Positions 39,365 through 53,872 are shown, counted from the first letter of the stretch. The stretch: DNA of 64,000 nucleotides from Eledone cirrhosa (GCA_964016885.1 OZ024754.1:9424001-9488000); one strand, 5' to 3'. Made by a program: numbers and translations. The notes: generated from the sequence alone by a model not told the origin.

Positions 39365-39548
39365 AAGACCCACGAGAACACACAGCCAGAATAAAGCAAT
39401 GGAAAGTCCTGGAGGAGCCTACAGTTGCCAAGTATGTGCCAGAGGGTGCAAGTCTTTGGGTGGTTTAAAGAGCCACATTCGTGCCTCACATTTTTTACCA
39501 TTTTATCAGGTGATGGCAATGTTCGAACACGAGTTTGCAGCCATCATG
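39365..39548 (+). mobile_element. RTE/BovB-type LINE extreme 3' end with a C2H2-like finger
   Basis: YSCQVCARGCKSLGGLKSHIR followed by the hairpin-like TGATGGC...GCCATCA. Confidence 0.55.
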
Positions 39549-39909
39549 TACGTAAACAAAAGAAAGTAGGGAGATGAAAATACAGCAAAGGAGCTTAATA
39601 AATCAGCCTTAATAAATCAGCCTTAAGCAGAATGATAAATTACGTGACTTTGAAAATAATCAGAATCATGTTTCATTTGTCAATATTTCTGAATTACGAG
39701 GTTAAAAAATAAAATAATCTAGAACAGGGAAGACTTTTCGATCGGTTCCATGCCGTCATGCCAATATTTTAATTGTGGGAAGTTGTACATCTGTCACAGA
39801 GATTTTCCAACTGTATATATATCTATACTTGGTGGTCTACTGCCAGAGAAAATATTGTTCAAGTAGATAAGATTGGGCCATTTGCATATAAATAGCTGTT
39901 ATACTTCCA

Positions 39910-39989
39910 CACATTCACATACAAACACAGACACACACACACATACAGACACTCACAGACAGACACTCACACACACATACAGACACTCA

Positions 39990-40038
<49 letters not shown>

Positions 40039-42597
40039 TCACATACACATACAGACACTCACATACACATACAGACACTCATACACATAGACACTCACAC
40101 ACATACAGACACTCACTCACACAGACAGACACTCACACACATACACACACACACACACACACTCACTCACACAGACAGACATGCATGTTTGTTTGTTTGT
40201 TTGTTTGTAACTATTTTTTCTGTATGTGTCCATATCTATTTTTTTTTTGTATTAATGTGAATAAACCATCTTTACATATGTATATATGTGTATATATAGA
40301 TATATGTATGTATGTATATATAGTATGTGTGTATATAGATATATGTATGTATATATAGTATGTGTGTATATATGTATGTATGTATATATAGTATGTGTGT
40401 GTATATATAGTGTGTATATAGATATATGTATGTATGTATAGTATGTGTGTATATAGATATATGTATGTATATATAGTATGTGTGTATATAGATATATGTA
40501 TGTATATATAGTATGTGTGTATATATGTATGTATGTATATATAGTATGTGTGTGTATATATAGTGTGTATATAGATATATGTATGTATGTATAGTATGTG
40601 TGTATATAGATATATGTATGTATATATAGTATATGTGTGTATATATGTATGTATGTGTGTATATAGATTTATGTATGTATGTATATATAGAATGTGTGTG
40701 TATATAGATATATGTATGTATGTATATATAGTAGGTGTGTGTATGTATGTATGTATGTATATATAGTATGTGTGTATATAGATATATGTATGTATGTATA
40801 TATAGTATGTGTGTATATAGATATATGTATGTATGTATATATAGTATGTGTGTGTATATATGTATGTATGTATATATAGTATGTGTGTATATAGATTTAT
40901 GTATGTATGTATATATAGAATGTGTGTGTATATAGATATATGTATGTATGTATATATAGTATGTGTGTATATAGATATAGGTATGTATGTATATATAGTA
41001 TGTGTGTGTATATATGTATGTATGTATGTATATATAGTATGTGTGTATATAAATATATGTATGTATGTATATATAGTATGTGTGTGTATATATGTATGTA
41101 TGTATGTATATATAGTATGTGTGTATATAGATATATGTATGTATGTATATATAGTATGTGTGTATATAGATATATGTATGTATGTATATTTAGTATGTGT
41201 GTGTATATAGATATATGTATGTATGTATATATAGTATGTGTGTATATAGATATATGTATGTATGTATATATAGTATGTGTGTATATAGATATAGGTATGT
41301 ATGTATATATAGTATGTGTGTATATAGATATATGTATGTATGCATATATAGTATGTGTGTATATAGATATATGTATGTATGTATATATAGTATGTGTGTG
41401 TATATATGTATGTATGTATGTATATATAGTATGTGTGTATATAGATATATGTATGTATGTATATATAGTATGTGTGTGTATATATGTATGTATGTATGTA
41501 TGTATATATAGTATGTGAGTATATAAATATATGTATGTATATATATGTGTGTGTATATAGATATATGTATGTATGTATATATAGTATGTGTGTGTATATA
41601 GATATATGTATGTATATATATATAGTATGTGTGTGTATATAGATATATGTATGTATGTATATATAGTATGTGTGTATATATGTATGTATGTATGCATATT
41701 TAGTATGTGTGTATATAGATATATGTATGTATGTATATATATAGTATGTGTGTGTATATAGATATATGTATGTATGTATATATAGTATGTGTGTGTATAT
41801 AGATATATGTATGTATATATATATAGTATGTGTGTGTATATAGATATATGTATGTATGTATATATAGTATGTGTGTATATATGTATGTATGTATGCATAT
41901 ATAGTATGTGTGTATATAGATATATGTATGTATGTATATATAGTATGTGTGTATATAGATATAGGTATGTATGTATATATAGTATGTGTGTGTATATAGA
42001 TATATGTATGTATGTATATTTAGTATGTGTGCGTGTATATATGTATGTATGTATGTATATATATTATGTGTGTGTATATAGATATATGTATGTATGTATG
42101 TATATATAGTATGTGTGTATATATAGATATATGTATTTATGTATATATATAGTATGTGTGTGTATATAGATATATGTATGTATATATAATATGTGTGTGT
42201 ATATATAGTATGTGTGTGTATATAGATATATGTATGTATGTATATATAGTATGTGTGTGTATATAAATATATGTATGTATATATATGTGTGTGTATATAT
42301 AGTATGTGTGTGTATATAGATATATGTATGTATGCACATATGTCCATGCAATCTTTTGTATTTATCTATGTATCTCTAGCTAATATCTGTTACACACACA
42401 TACATACACACATGCACATATTCATACATACACACATACATTATATATATATGTGTGTTATACACACACACATGTACACACACACATATATATATGTTAT
42501 ACACACACACATATATATATATGTTATACACACACACACGCATATATATATATATATATATGTTTGTGTGTGTGTGCGTGTGTGTGTGTATAAAATG

Positions 42598-42646
<49 letters not shown>

Positions 42647-42685
42647 TGTGTGCGCGTGTGTGTGTATAAAATGTATATAATATAG

Positions 42686-42717
<32 letters not shown>

Positions 42718-42726
42718 CATACATAC

Positions 42727-42760
<34 letters not shown>

Positions 42761-43039
42761 GTATTGTGTTTGCATTTATAAATATGAATGCATAGTAGTA
42801 TCTGTGTGTGGAGGGGATGCATGTGTATGTGTGTGTATATGTATGTGTGTGTGTATGTGTGTGTGTGTGTATGTATGTATGTGTGTGTGTATGTATGTGT
42901 GTATGTGTGTATGTATGTATGTATGTATGTATGTATGTGTGTGTGTATGTATGTATGTATGTATGTGTATGTGTATGTGTGTGTATGTATGTGTGTATGT
43001 ATGTGTATGTATGTGTGTGTGTATGTGTGCATGTATGTA

Positions 43040-43122
<83 letters not shown>

Positions 43123-43125
43123 GTC
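39910..43125. repeat. Large compound microsatellite/minisatellite block (CA, TATG, TAGTATGTGTG units)
   Basis: Direct inspection. Confidence 0.95.
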
Positions 43126-43436
43126 TGCATGTCTCCTTCCTCTGAAAGAAGACAGAAAATATATCTATATACAGATTCCTTATCATTGTTATCATCAAAA
43201 CAATACTTTGGACATTGTCTATCTTATGTGATTGCTCTTGTTGTTGTAGACAGTTGTATGAAGCAGTGTGTGTGGGGGGTGTAGGGGGGGGGGGGTGTAG
43301 GGGGGGGGGGGGGGTGTAGGGGGGGGGGGTATAGGAAATATTCAGGCGTGACAGTCATGAAATATTTCTACTCTTCCATACAGATTCTACTTTCATTTGT
43401 GTTAAAGTGGCACCATGCAGTATAGATATTGCATGT

Positions 43437-44162
43437 TTTGTTGTTGTTGTTGTAGTATAATACCCAGTTGCAATGATGGAAGTTGTTGTTGTTGTTGTAG
43501 TATAATACCCAGTTGCAATGATGGTAGTTGTTGTTGTTGTTGTTGTAGTATAATACCCAGTTGCAATGATGGTAGTTGTTGTTGTTGTATAATACCCAGT
43601 TGCAATGATGGTAGTTGTTGTTGTTGTATAATACCCAGTTGCAATGATGGAAGTTGTTGTTGTTGTTGTTGTTGTATAATACCCAGTTGCAATGATGGTA
43701 GTTGTTGTTGTTGTTGTTGTTGTTGTATAATACCCAGTTGCAATGATGGTAGTTGTTGTTGTTGTTGTTGTTGTTGTATAATACCCAGTTGCAATGATGG
43801 TAGTTGTTGTTGTTGTTGTTGTATAATACCCAGTTGCAATGATGGTAGTTGTTGTTGTTGTTGTTGTTGTATAATACCCAGTTGCAATGATGGAAGTTGT
43901 TGTTGTTGTTGTTGTTGTTGTTGTATAATACCCAGTTGCAATGATGGTAGTTGTTGTTGTTGTAGTATAATACCCAGTTGCAACGATGGAAGTTGTTGTT
44001 GTTGTATAATACCCAGTTGCAATGATGGAAGTTGTTGTTGTTGTTGTTGTATAATACCCAGTTGCAATGATGGTAGTTGTTGTTGTTGTTGTTGTTGTTG
44101 TTGTATAATACCCAGTTGCAATGATGGTAGTTGTTGTTGTTGTTGTTGTAGTATAATACCCA
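43437..44162. repeat. Minisatellite of a fixed core plus variable (GTT)n, about 15 copies
   Basis: TATAATACCCAGTTGCAATGATGG(T/A)A alternating with (GTT)4-9. Confidence 0.95.
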
Positions 44163-44744
44163 GGCCAAACCTGACTGTGTAGTAAGTATGTATGGATGGT
44201 CCCGTAACTCCAGATAGAGTCGTAGGGGCGCCGTATTGACATACGGTGTTTCTTGGACATTTTAAGCCTGGCAGAGCCCATCCCTCTCCAGGTCTGAAGA
44301 CAGCAGATTTCTTCCAGAGAAAGATAGAAAGCGAGAGGGAGAGGAAATGAGAAAGAGATATAGAAGAAGAATCAACCCCAGTACTAGACTGGTACTTATT
44401 CTTATCGACCTCAAAAGAATGAAAGGCAAAGTTGACCTCGGCGGGATTTGAACTCTGAGAGCAGAAAGCTGGAATGAATACCATAAAGCATTCTATTCAA
44501 CATTCTAATGGCTGCCAATTTGTAGACCAATGATCAAATTCCTCATTGGATATCCTCATAATATCCACCCTCTCTTATTTAATGCTGTTGTGTCATATGT
44601 TTAAGTACTCTTGCTGGGGTGCTGGAGTCTTGGTCTTTCTACATTTGTCTGTCTTGTCATCTTGAGAGTCTATGATGGTGAGGTACTGCATCTTTATAGG
44701 GAAAGATGAAAGTGCACAAACAGCCATCATGTGTGTCCATCTTT

Positions 44745-44885
44745 ACATGATAATGATGATGATGATAATGATGATGATCATAATGATGATGATCATAATG
44801 ATGATGATCATAATGATGATGATCATGATGATGATCATAATGATGATCATGATCATGATCATAATGATGATGATGGTGGTGATGA
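44745..44885. repeat. (GAT)/(CAT) trinucleotide repeat
   Basis: Direct inspection. Confidence 0.9.
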
Positions 44886-44896
44886 CATACAGAGGG

Positions 44897-45345
44897 TCTT
44901 TTTCTTGTCGTGTCCACAAGAGTGTTCACCACAGCTGAACACATTGCTGTCCTTTCTCATTAAACTTTGCCAAGTCCAATGCTGTGCAGAAGTGTTCCAG
45001 CAGGGGCCATATCAGGAGGTGCTGCATAGTCTGTGGTTCGACGCCACAGTCACACACAACGTCCCCATTCTTTAAATATCCCCATTTTCCAAGAGTGACT
45101 TTTGCATGTCCATCACCAGATCTTAGACAGTATATGTTGGATATGTAACATCATCATTAGCAGTTGCAACATCACTGGTGCCGAACTGTGTCAGCCTTTG
45201 CCATTCCCTTGGACAATAATGGTGGAGTGGAGAGGAGAGAAGAGACTGGTATGCATGGATGACTGCTGGTCTTCCACAAACAACAAAATACTTTGCCTGG
45301 ACTTGTACCTCAGTGGAGAAACTTTCTTGATGCAAGATCATATGG
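44897..45345 (-). mobile_element. Ingi/Vingi-like LINE 3' end with a C-terminal zinc-knuckle remnant
   Basis: Minus strand 45129-44926 reads CLRSGDGHAKVTLGKWGYLKNGDVVCDCGVEPQTMQHLLIWPLLEHFCTALDLAKFNEKGQQCVQLW*; upstream LRYKSRQS; a short SINE piece is inserted at ~45160-45230. Confidence 0.65.
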
Positions 45346-45443
45346 GACCAAAGGGTTTTTCTTTTTATATCCAGATAAATATATTAAAGCAGCAGATAGT
45401 GGTGTGAAACTGTGTTTCAGATTAGATATACATTTTGTCTTAA

Positions 45444-45867
45444 CACTTTAGCATTTAAAATGGCCATATCCGGCCAGAATTCTCTCACCACTTTCTCTTC
45501 AAACCGGCCGTAATGGCTGCTCATCCAACATTAAGGTAGTGTTCTCAAAATAAATGATATCAACATTTCATAGATTCAGTATTATGTGAGATAATTATGT
45601 GAGATAAAAAGTGCGGTGGATTAGCAGTATCAGTAGAGGGTCAGACGCCATGCTTTGCAGCATAGAGTTATCACCCTTTAAGTTCTGAGTTCAAATCCCG
45701 CCGAGGTTAACTTTGCCTTTCTTCCTTACAGGGTCGATAAAATAAAGTACCGGTAATGCACTGGGGTAATGGCAGGCCTTGTGCCAAAAGAAGAAACAAT
45801 TATGTGAGGTAAAGCCTTTCTAGCAAATATACAATGGTAAATATAGAGTAATGTAAATGGTAAAGGG
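45444..45867. mobile_element. piggyBac-type MITE interrupted by a SINE at ~45610-45800
   Basis: TTAA flanks and TIRs; SINE flanked by AATTATGTGAG direct repeats. Confidence 0.85.
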
Positions 45868-47201
45868 TTAAAAAGATGGGATAGTGATGGTTGGAATACT
45901 TTTGATCATGTCTTCTCTATTATAGCTGGGCTGGGTCTAAATCTAAATACATTTCTACATTGAAATTGAATATATGTAAAAATAAACTGAAAACTGAACG
46001 AAACTGTCAAATAAGATTTTTGAAAAATTTTGATTTCGACTGACAGGGTATCTCATATCGATTTATGCATATACGATACTGTATGGGTGTGTTTCCATCC
46101 CTTTAATAGTTATGTAAGTGCACATACATATATATACACATGCGTGTGTGTGTGCATTCATAAATTGATGACATTCACCCCACTTTCTCTCCCACCTTCA
46201 CCTCCACATGCCCATGATTGCATGTCAATAGCAAAATAAATTATTTCCCCCTTACATATTTCAAAATTAGATATAATATGTTGACATATGTCACAGGAAA
46301 TAATACCTTATATTTCTATAACTACCAAATTATCTTGTTATAAATAATATGTTCTATGCATTTGAAATTAGTGAGGTGAACAAGGCTAATATTCATGCAA
46401 CTCCAAGAAATATCAGACAATACACTTTTCATAAATTTCTTTCTATTCACATTTAATTTTCTCCATCTGTAAAGACCTGCATGCTTTTCGTATAGTGATT
46501 TTCCTTCAAATCTATGATTTTATGGAAGAGATAAGCTAATCTTCATATTCTCCATATTTGCCGTTCAGACTTTACAATTTAAATTATAAAATTATCATTC
46601 CAAGTTTCATCTACATTTAACACATGCAAAATAAACAAAGGTGTTTTCAGAATATTCACTGGGGTTCTTTAAGATTGTTTTTCAAAGTGAAGAATCATTT
46701 TTAATAGTTTGCTTTCCTGTTAAGTATTTTTTTGAAATTATATTTTGAGTGAGAAAATTATCATATTTAATCCAAACTAAAATATTTTTCTTCTTCATTT
46801 CTTACATTTAAAAATCTTTTTCTTCTATATTTTTTCTTTTCTTGTTTTATAATAAATTCCAATTATTAATCAGAATATATTCTATCTTACTGATATCATG
46901 GAGGCATGTAGCCTAGTGGTAAGGGTGCTGGACTTACAATGGTATTATTTGAGCTTTATATTTTTATATTTATATATTTGTCTATTAGAGGGTCAGACAC
47001 CATGCTTTGCAGCATACAGTTATGGCCCTTTACGTTCTGAGTTCAAATCTGCTGAGATTAACTTTGCCTTTGATCCTTACGGGGTCGATAAAATAAAGTA
47101 CCAGTAATGTACTAGGGTAATCGCGGGCCTTGTGCCAAAAGTAGAAACTCTATTTATTCAATGTATTTCATGTTTATGAATTTATTTGCATCAAATATAT
47201 A

Positions 47202-47587
47202 CAGGTAAAATTCCGTTATAACAAATACCATTATAACGAATTTTTCAGTATAATAAAATATTTTTCAATCCCCAAACAAATGCTCAATTTGTTTCGGTCA
47301 ATCTCATTCCATCCATATCCAGTCTTGATCTTTAGGGTGCTGCGGTTGCCCTGGACTCCGAGATACACAACACCAGGCAATGTCTCACAGCCACTCTCCA
47401 TGAATTTCTGTCCACAGTATCGACATCGGCCAAGTTCCATTTATACAAATCACTCTTCACGCACTCCAGCCACGTCTTCCTTGGTCTGTCACAATCTCTA
47501 GTGCCAGGGATTGCGTTATAAGGAATTTTTCATTAAAACAAATTTTTTTTTATACACCATGAATTTCGTTATAACGAAATTTCACTG
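47202..47587. mobile_element. pogo/Tigger-like MITE containing an RTE fragment
   Basis: TA|CAGGTAAAATTCCGTTATAAC ... GTTATAACGAAATTTCACTG|TA; the inner minus strand reads RPRKTWLECVKSDL. Confidence 0.65.
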
Positions 47588-47749
47588 TATATATAGCAGG
47601 CCAGCTCACCAGCTTGGTACATCTTCCTTCCTTACAACAACCACAAAAGCCACGGAACAGATCATGAGTACTACCCTTAGAATATATATGTATAAAGAAT
47701 GTGTATATATATATATATAAAGAATGTGTATTATATATATATATAAAGA

Positions 47750-47791
<42 letters not shown>

Positions 47792-47910
47792 AATGTGTAT
47801 GTGTATATATATATATTTATTAAAATAACAGATTAAAGTTTAAGCAAAGAATCGCTGCTTTGGATTTTAGTCTTCAAATTTATTATTATTACTATATATA
47901 TATATAAAGA

Positions 47911-47941
<31 letters not shown>

Positions 47942-47967
47942 GATAGAGATAGATAGATGGAGAGAGA

Positions 47968-47998
<31 letters not shown>

Positions 47999-48045
47999 AT
48001 ATATATATAGAATAGACATATATTCTATATTTATATATAGAGAGA

Positions 48046-48078
<33 letters not shown>

Positions 48079-49289
48079 TAATATCATTGAATATTTACTC
48101 CAGAAAACTGTCGAGTGCTCTGAATCAGTTATATTTATTGAATTTCTAACAAATTAAATATCCCTTCTACTTCATCATCATTTTACGTCCGCTTTTCCCT
48201 GCTTGCATATATATATATCAATGGCCGGGTCTATATAGAATATATATATATATAGAATATATATATATATGTCCAAACCCATGCAAGCGTGGAACATGGA
48301 CGTTAAACGATGATGATGATATATATAGAATATATATATATATATATTCTTTTATTCATTCCACCTTCTGAACTGTTAGTTTTTGTATTCTGTAATTCCT
48401 ATTTAGCTCTTGTTTATTTCTACTAATTTCTTCAATCTTATATTCCATCATTCAATTGAAGTTCTGGAATATTATTCATTCTTTCATTCTATAATTCTCT
48501 TATTTGCATTCTTTTATTATGCAATTCTCTTGTAGCTTTTATCTATTCTTTCATTCTTTTATTCTGAAAAAGATATTCTTTTATTCTGTAATTAATCTTC
48601 TTGTTTTTTATTCCTTTCATTATTTTTTTCCTTTCCTTCTTTCATTCAATAATTTTTTACATTTTTTAAAGTTTATTTCCTTCCATTTTTTCATTTTTTT
48701 TTTTCACTCATTAATCATTCATTCCTTTCCTTCTTTATCCCATTCTCTGCTGTTCTTTAATTTTCTTTGTCCCATTCTTTCCATCCTCTCCAACCCCCTC
48801 GACCCCTCACCCTTCCATAGCCCCACCACCCTCCAACCTTCCATACCCTCCACCTCCATCCTTCCATACCTTCGACCTCCACCCCACCGACCCTCCATCC
48901 ACACCCAATCCTCCACCCCTCCCTGGCCTTCCATACCCTGCCCCCCCCCGACCTTCCATACCTTCCACCCCACGCCCGATCCTCCACCCCTCTCAACCTT
49001 CCATACACTCCACCCTCCATCTAAATCACTTAGAGCATAAAACTTATCCAATCCATTAACTCTTACCTCTACTCCCCCTCCTCTCCCCCATTAACTCTTA
49101 CTTCTACTGTTATTCCCCTTCCTCTCCCCCCCCATTAACTCTTACCTCTACTACTACCCCCTCCCCTCTCTCACACTAACTCTTACCTCTACTCCCCCCC
49201 CCCGACTCCCCATTTACTGCCATTTTTCAACTTGGCACCCTTTTCATCAAACATCTTCACACACCCTCCACCACATACACCACCACTGC

Positions 49290-50665
49290 ATATTCCCCAC
49301 CACACAACACTTTATACCCCACCACACAACACTTTATACTCCACCACACAACACTTTATACCCCACCACACAACACTATATACCCCACCACACAACACTA
49401 TATATCCCACCACACAACACTTTATACTCCACCACACAACACTATATACCCCACCACACAACACTATATACCCCACCACACAACACTATATATCCCACCA
49501 CACAACACTTTATACCCCACCACACAACACTTTATACCCCACCACACAACACTTTATACCCCACCACACAACACTTTATACTCCACCACACAACACTTTA
49601 TACCCCACCACACAACACTATATACCCCACCACACAACACTATATATCCCACCACACAACACTTTATACTCCACCACACAACACTATATACCCCACCACA
49701 CAACACTATATACCCCACCACACACTATATATCCCACCACACAACACTTTATACCCCATCACACAACACTTTATACTCCACCACACAACACTTTATACCC
49801 CACCACACAACACTTTATACCCCACCACACAACACTTTATACTCCACCACACAACACTTTATACCCCACCACACAACACTATATACCCCACCACACAACA
49901 CTATATATCCCACCACACAACACTTTATACTCCATCACACAACACTATATACCCCACCACACAACACTATATACCCCACCACACAACACTATATATCCCA
50001 CCACACAACACTTTATACCCCATCACACAACACTATATATCCCACCACACAACACTTTATACCCCACCACACAACACTATATACCCCACCACACAACACT
50101 TTATACCCCACCACACAACACTATATACCCCACCACACAACACTTTATACTCCACCACACAACACTTTATACCCCACCACACAACACTTTATACTCCACC
50201 ACACAACACTTTATACCCCACCACACAACACTTTATACCCCACCTTACCATATACCCCACCACACAACACTTTATACCCCACCTTACCATATACCCCACC
50301 ACACAACACTATATACCCCACCTTACCATATACCCCACCACACAACACTATATACCCCACCACACAACACTATATACCCCACCTTACCATATACCCCACC
50401 ACACAACACTTTATACCCCACCACACAACACTATATACCCCACCTTACCATATACCCCACCACACAACACTATATACCCCACCTTACCATATACCCCACC
50501 ACACAACACTATATACCCCACCACACAACACTATATACCCCACCTTACCATATACCCCACCACACAACACTTTATACCCCACCACACAACACTATATACC
50601 CCACCTTACCATATACCCCACCACACAACACTATATACCCCACCTTACCATATACCCCACCACAC
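49290..50665. repeat. 22-bp minisatellite (CCCCACCACACAACACT[T/A]TATA) with a 17-bp variant unit in its 3' part
   Basis: Direct tandem units. Confidence 0.95.
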
Positions 50666-50759
50666 TACTCATACACCACATAACACAACATACTTCACCT
50701 CACCACATGTCCACTACTAACATCAACACTACAACCAATATTACAAAATCACTGCTGGC

Positions 50760-51345
50760 ACCACTACCACCACAAACACCACCACCACCACCACCAGACC
50801 ACCACCACCACCACCACAACACCATCACCACCACCGCCACCACCAGTATCACCACCACCACCACCACCATGACCACTACCACCACCACCAGTATCACCAC
50901 CACCACCACCACCACCATCACCACCACCACAACCACTACCACCACCACCAGTACCACCAACACCACCACCACAACACCATCACCAGTAACCACCACCACC
51001 ACCAGTACCATCACCACCACCAGTACCACCACCACCACCACAACACCATCACCACCATCAGTACGACCACCACAACATCACCACCACCACCACCACCACC
51101 AGTACCATCACCACCACCACCAGTACCACCACCATCACCAGTACAACCACCACCACAACATCACCACCACCACCACCATCACCACCACCAGTACCACCAC
51201 CACCACCACAACACCATCACCAGTAACCACCACCACCACCAGTACCACCACCACCACCACCAGTACCACCACCACCACCACCAGTACCACCACCACCACC
51301 AGTACAACCACCACCACCACCACAACATCACCACCACCACCATCA
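50760..51345. repeat. Degenerate (CAC)n repeat
   Basis: Direct inspection. Confidence 0.92.
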
Positions 51346-51473
51346 TCTCAACATCAATTATCCTCCATAACATTACAACCATTTCTAGCTCATTGTTGTC
51401 ACAACATGATAAATGGATCAATCCCAATAGAGGGCAGCATGTGTCTCTGAGTGTGCGCGAGTGTGTGCGCGAG

Positions 51474-51489
<16 letters not shown>

Positions 51490-51508
<19 letters not shown>

Positions 51509-52150
51509 ACCCATGTATGAATGTGTGTGTGCCCATGTGTCCCTGTGTGTGTGTGTACCCATGTATGAATGTGTGTGTGCCCATGTGTCTCTGTGTGTGT
51601 GTGTACCCATGTATGAATGTGTGTGTGTGTGCCCATGTGTCTCTGTGTGTGTGTGTACCCATGTATGAATGTGTGTGTGCCCATGTGTCTCTGTGTGTGT
51701 GTGTACCCATGTATGAATGTGTGTGTGCCCATGTGTCCCTGTGTGTGTGTGTACCCATGTATGAATGTGTGTGTGCCCATGTGTCTCTGTGTGTGTGTGT
51801 GTACCCATGTATGAATGTGTGTGTGCCCATGTGTCCCTGTGTGTGTGTGTACCCATGTATGAATGTGTGTGTGCCCATGTGTCCCTGTGTGTGTGTGTAC
51901 CCATGTATGAATGTGTGTGTGTGCCCATGTGTCCCTGTGTGTGTGTGTGTACCCATGTATGAATGTGTGTGTGTGCCCATGTGTCTCTGTGTGTGTGTGT
52001 ACCCATGTATGAATGTGTGTGTGTGCCCATGTGTCCCTGTGTGTGTGCCCATGTATGAATGTGTGTGTGTGCCCATGTGTCCCTGTGTGTGTGTGTATCC
52101 ATGTATGAATGTGTGTGTGCCCATGTGTCCCTGTGTGTGCCCATGTGTGT
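51490..52150. repeat. ~50-bp TG-rich minisatellite
   Basis: ACCCATGTATGAA(TG)nCCCATGTGTC(C/T)C(TG)n units. Confidence 0.92.
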
Positions 52151-52419
52151 CCCTATAAAGGGTGTATATGTAGGAGACAGGCTGTGATAGACAATAACCC
52201 AATATCTTCTGCCACAAACATGTCCTCCACTACTTCACAACATTATCTTCTGTTTTTCATTAGAATTTCAATGGCCATTGACAAATTATTTCCCATTAAT
52301 TGTGATTGATTGGTTGTGTTTTGGGACCCTCTGTGTGTGTGTGTCTGTGTGTATCTGTGTGTGTGTGTCTCTGTGTGTGTGTCTCTGTGTGTGTGTCTGT
52401 GTGTGAGTGTTTGTGACAA

Positions 52420-52775
52420 TTTGGTGATGGTGGGGGCGATGGTGATGATGGTTGTGGTGATGGTGGTAGTAGTGGTAGTGGTTGTGATAGTTGTGGTAGT
52501 GGTAGTGGTGGTAGTATTGGTAGTGGTGGTGGTGGTGGTGATAGTTGTGGTGGTGGTGTTGGTGGTAGTAGTGGTAGTAGTGGTGGTGGTAGTGTTGGTG
52601 GTGGTGGCAGTAGTGGTGGTGGTGGCCGTGGTAGTAGTGGTTGTGTTGATGGTGGTAGTAGTAGTGGTGGTGGTGGTGATAGTTGTGGTGGTGGTGGTGG
52701 TGGTGATAGTTGTGATAGTTGTGGTGGTGATGGTTATGGTGATGATGGTAGTAGTGGTGGTGGTGGTGGTGGTTT
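52420..52775. repeat. Degenerate (GTG)n repeat
   Basis: Direct inspection. Confidence 0.92.
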
Positions 52776-53339
52776 GTGTTTTGGGACCCTGCATGCATGT
52801 GAATGTGTGTGTATGTGTGTGTGTGTGTATGTGTGTTTATCTGTGTCTGTCGGTGTGTGTGACAATTTTTACCAGTTGCAGTGACAAGATGGGAGCCATG
52901 TTGTGACAGCTTCTTCAATACATCTAGTCAATCATATCAACCCCATCACTTCTTGTTATCAACTTTGGTATTTATTCTATAATTCTCCATTTTGCCAAAC
53001 TGTGACTCTTTCTCTCTCTCTCTCTATATATATTATACATATATCTTTTAATTTGAACTATTGTGTAACAGTGCACTTCTCCTTGTCCTCATTCTTTTTC
53101 AATCATTTCTATACTTCATCTGCCTGTCACCCACCTTGTGGATTGTCTCTCTGTTGACCACTGGCTGTTGGTCTCTGTCCCCTGAGGCACATTTTTGCTC
53201 ATCGCTATCTTTTACAGCATTTAGCTGTTGTAACGGCTGTTCTAGCAATATATAACGCGTACAATGAAACATGTGTCAGTGTCAAGCCATAAATGTTATT
53301 TCCACTCTTCTGGAATGTCATGTTTTAAATAGTTATTTT

Positions 53340-53675
53340 GTGAGAGAGAGAGAAAGAGAGAGATAGAGAGGGGGGGGGGGGAGAGAGAGAGAGAGGGGAG
53401 AGAGAGAAAGAGAGAGACAATGAGTGAGAGAGAGAGAGTGGGGAGAGAAACAGAGAGAGAGGGGAGAGAGAAAGAGAGAGACAATGAGTGAGAGAGAGAG
53501 AGAGTGGGGAGAGAAACAGAGAGAGAGGGGAGAGAAACAGAGAGAGTGGGGAGAGAAACAGAGAGGGGGAGAGAGAGGGGTGCGAGAGAGGGGAGAGAAA
53601 CAGAGAGAGTGGGGAGAGAAACAGAGAGGGGGGGAGAGAGAGGGGTGCGAGAGAGGGGAGAGAGAGAGAGAGAAT
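53340..53675. repeat. GA-rich polypurine tract
   Basis: Direct inspection. Confidence 0.92.
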
Positions 53676-53744
53676 GAGTGAGTGGGTGAGCGAGTGTGTG
53701 TATGTGTCTGTGTGTGTGGGTGTGTGTGTGTGCGTTCGTGCGTA

Positions 53745-53872
53745 TTGATCTTAAATTGCTGAGACTCACGGAGGAGATGACGAAGGAATGTGGTAAGTGG
53801 AGAGATGCTGTGCTGAAAAGGACCCATCCAGCCCATGCAAGTATGGAAAAATGGACGTAAAAACTGATGATC
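53745..53872 (+). mobile_element. RTE 3'-end fragment
   Basis: Homologous to ~10615-10740. Confidence 0.8.

Noticed and set aside
39345-39569. Host C2H2 zinc-finger gene
   Set aside because: It is a single finger without linkers and resembles the terminal finger of RTE-type LINE ORFs.
43437-44162. CRISPR-like repeat-spacer appearance
   Set aside because: The spacers are only (GTT)n, the context is eukaryotic, and no cas genes are present.
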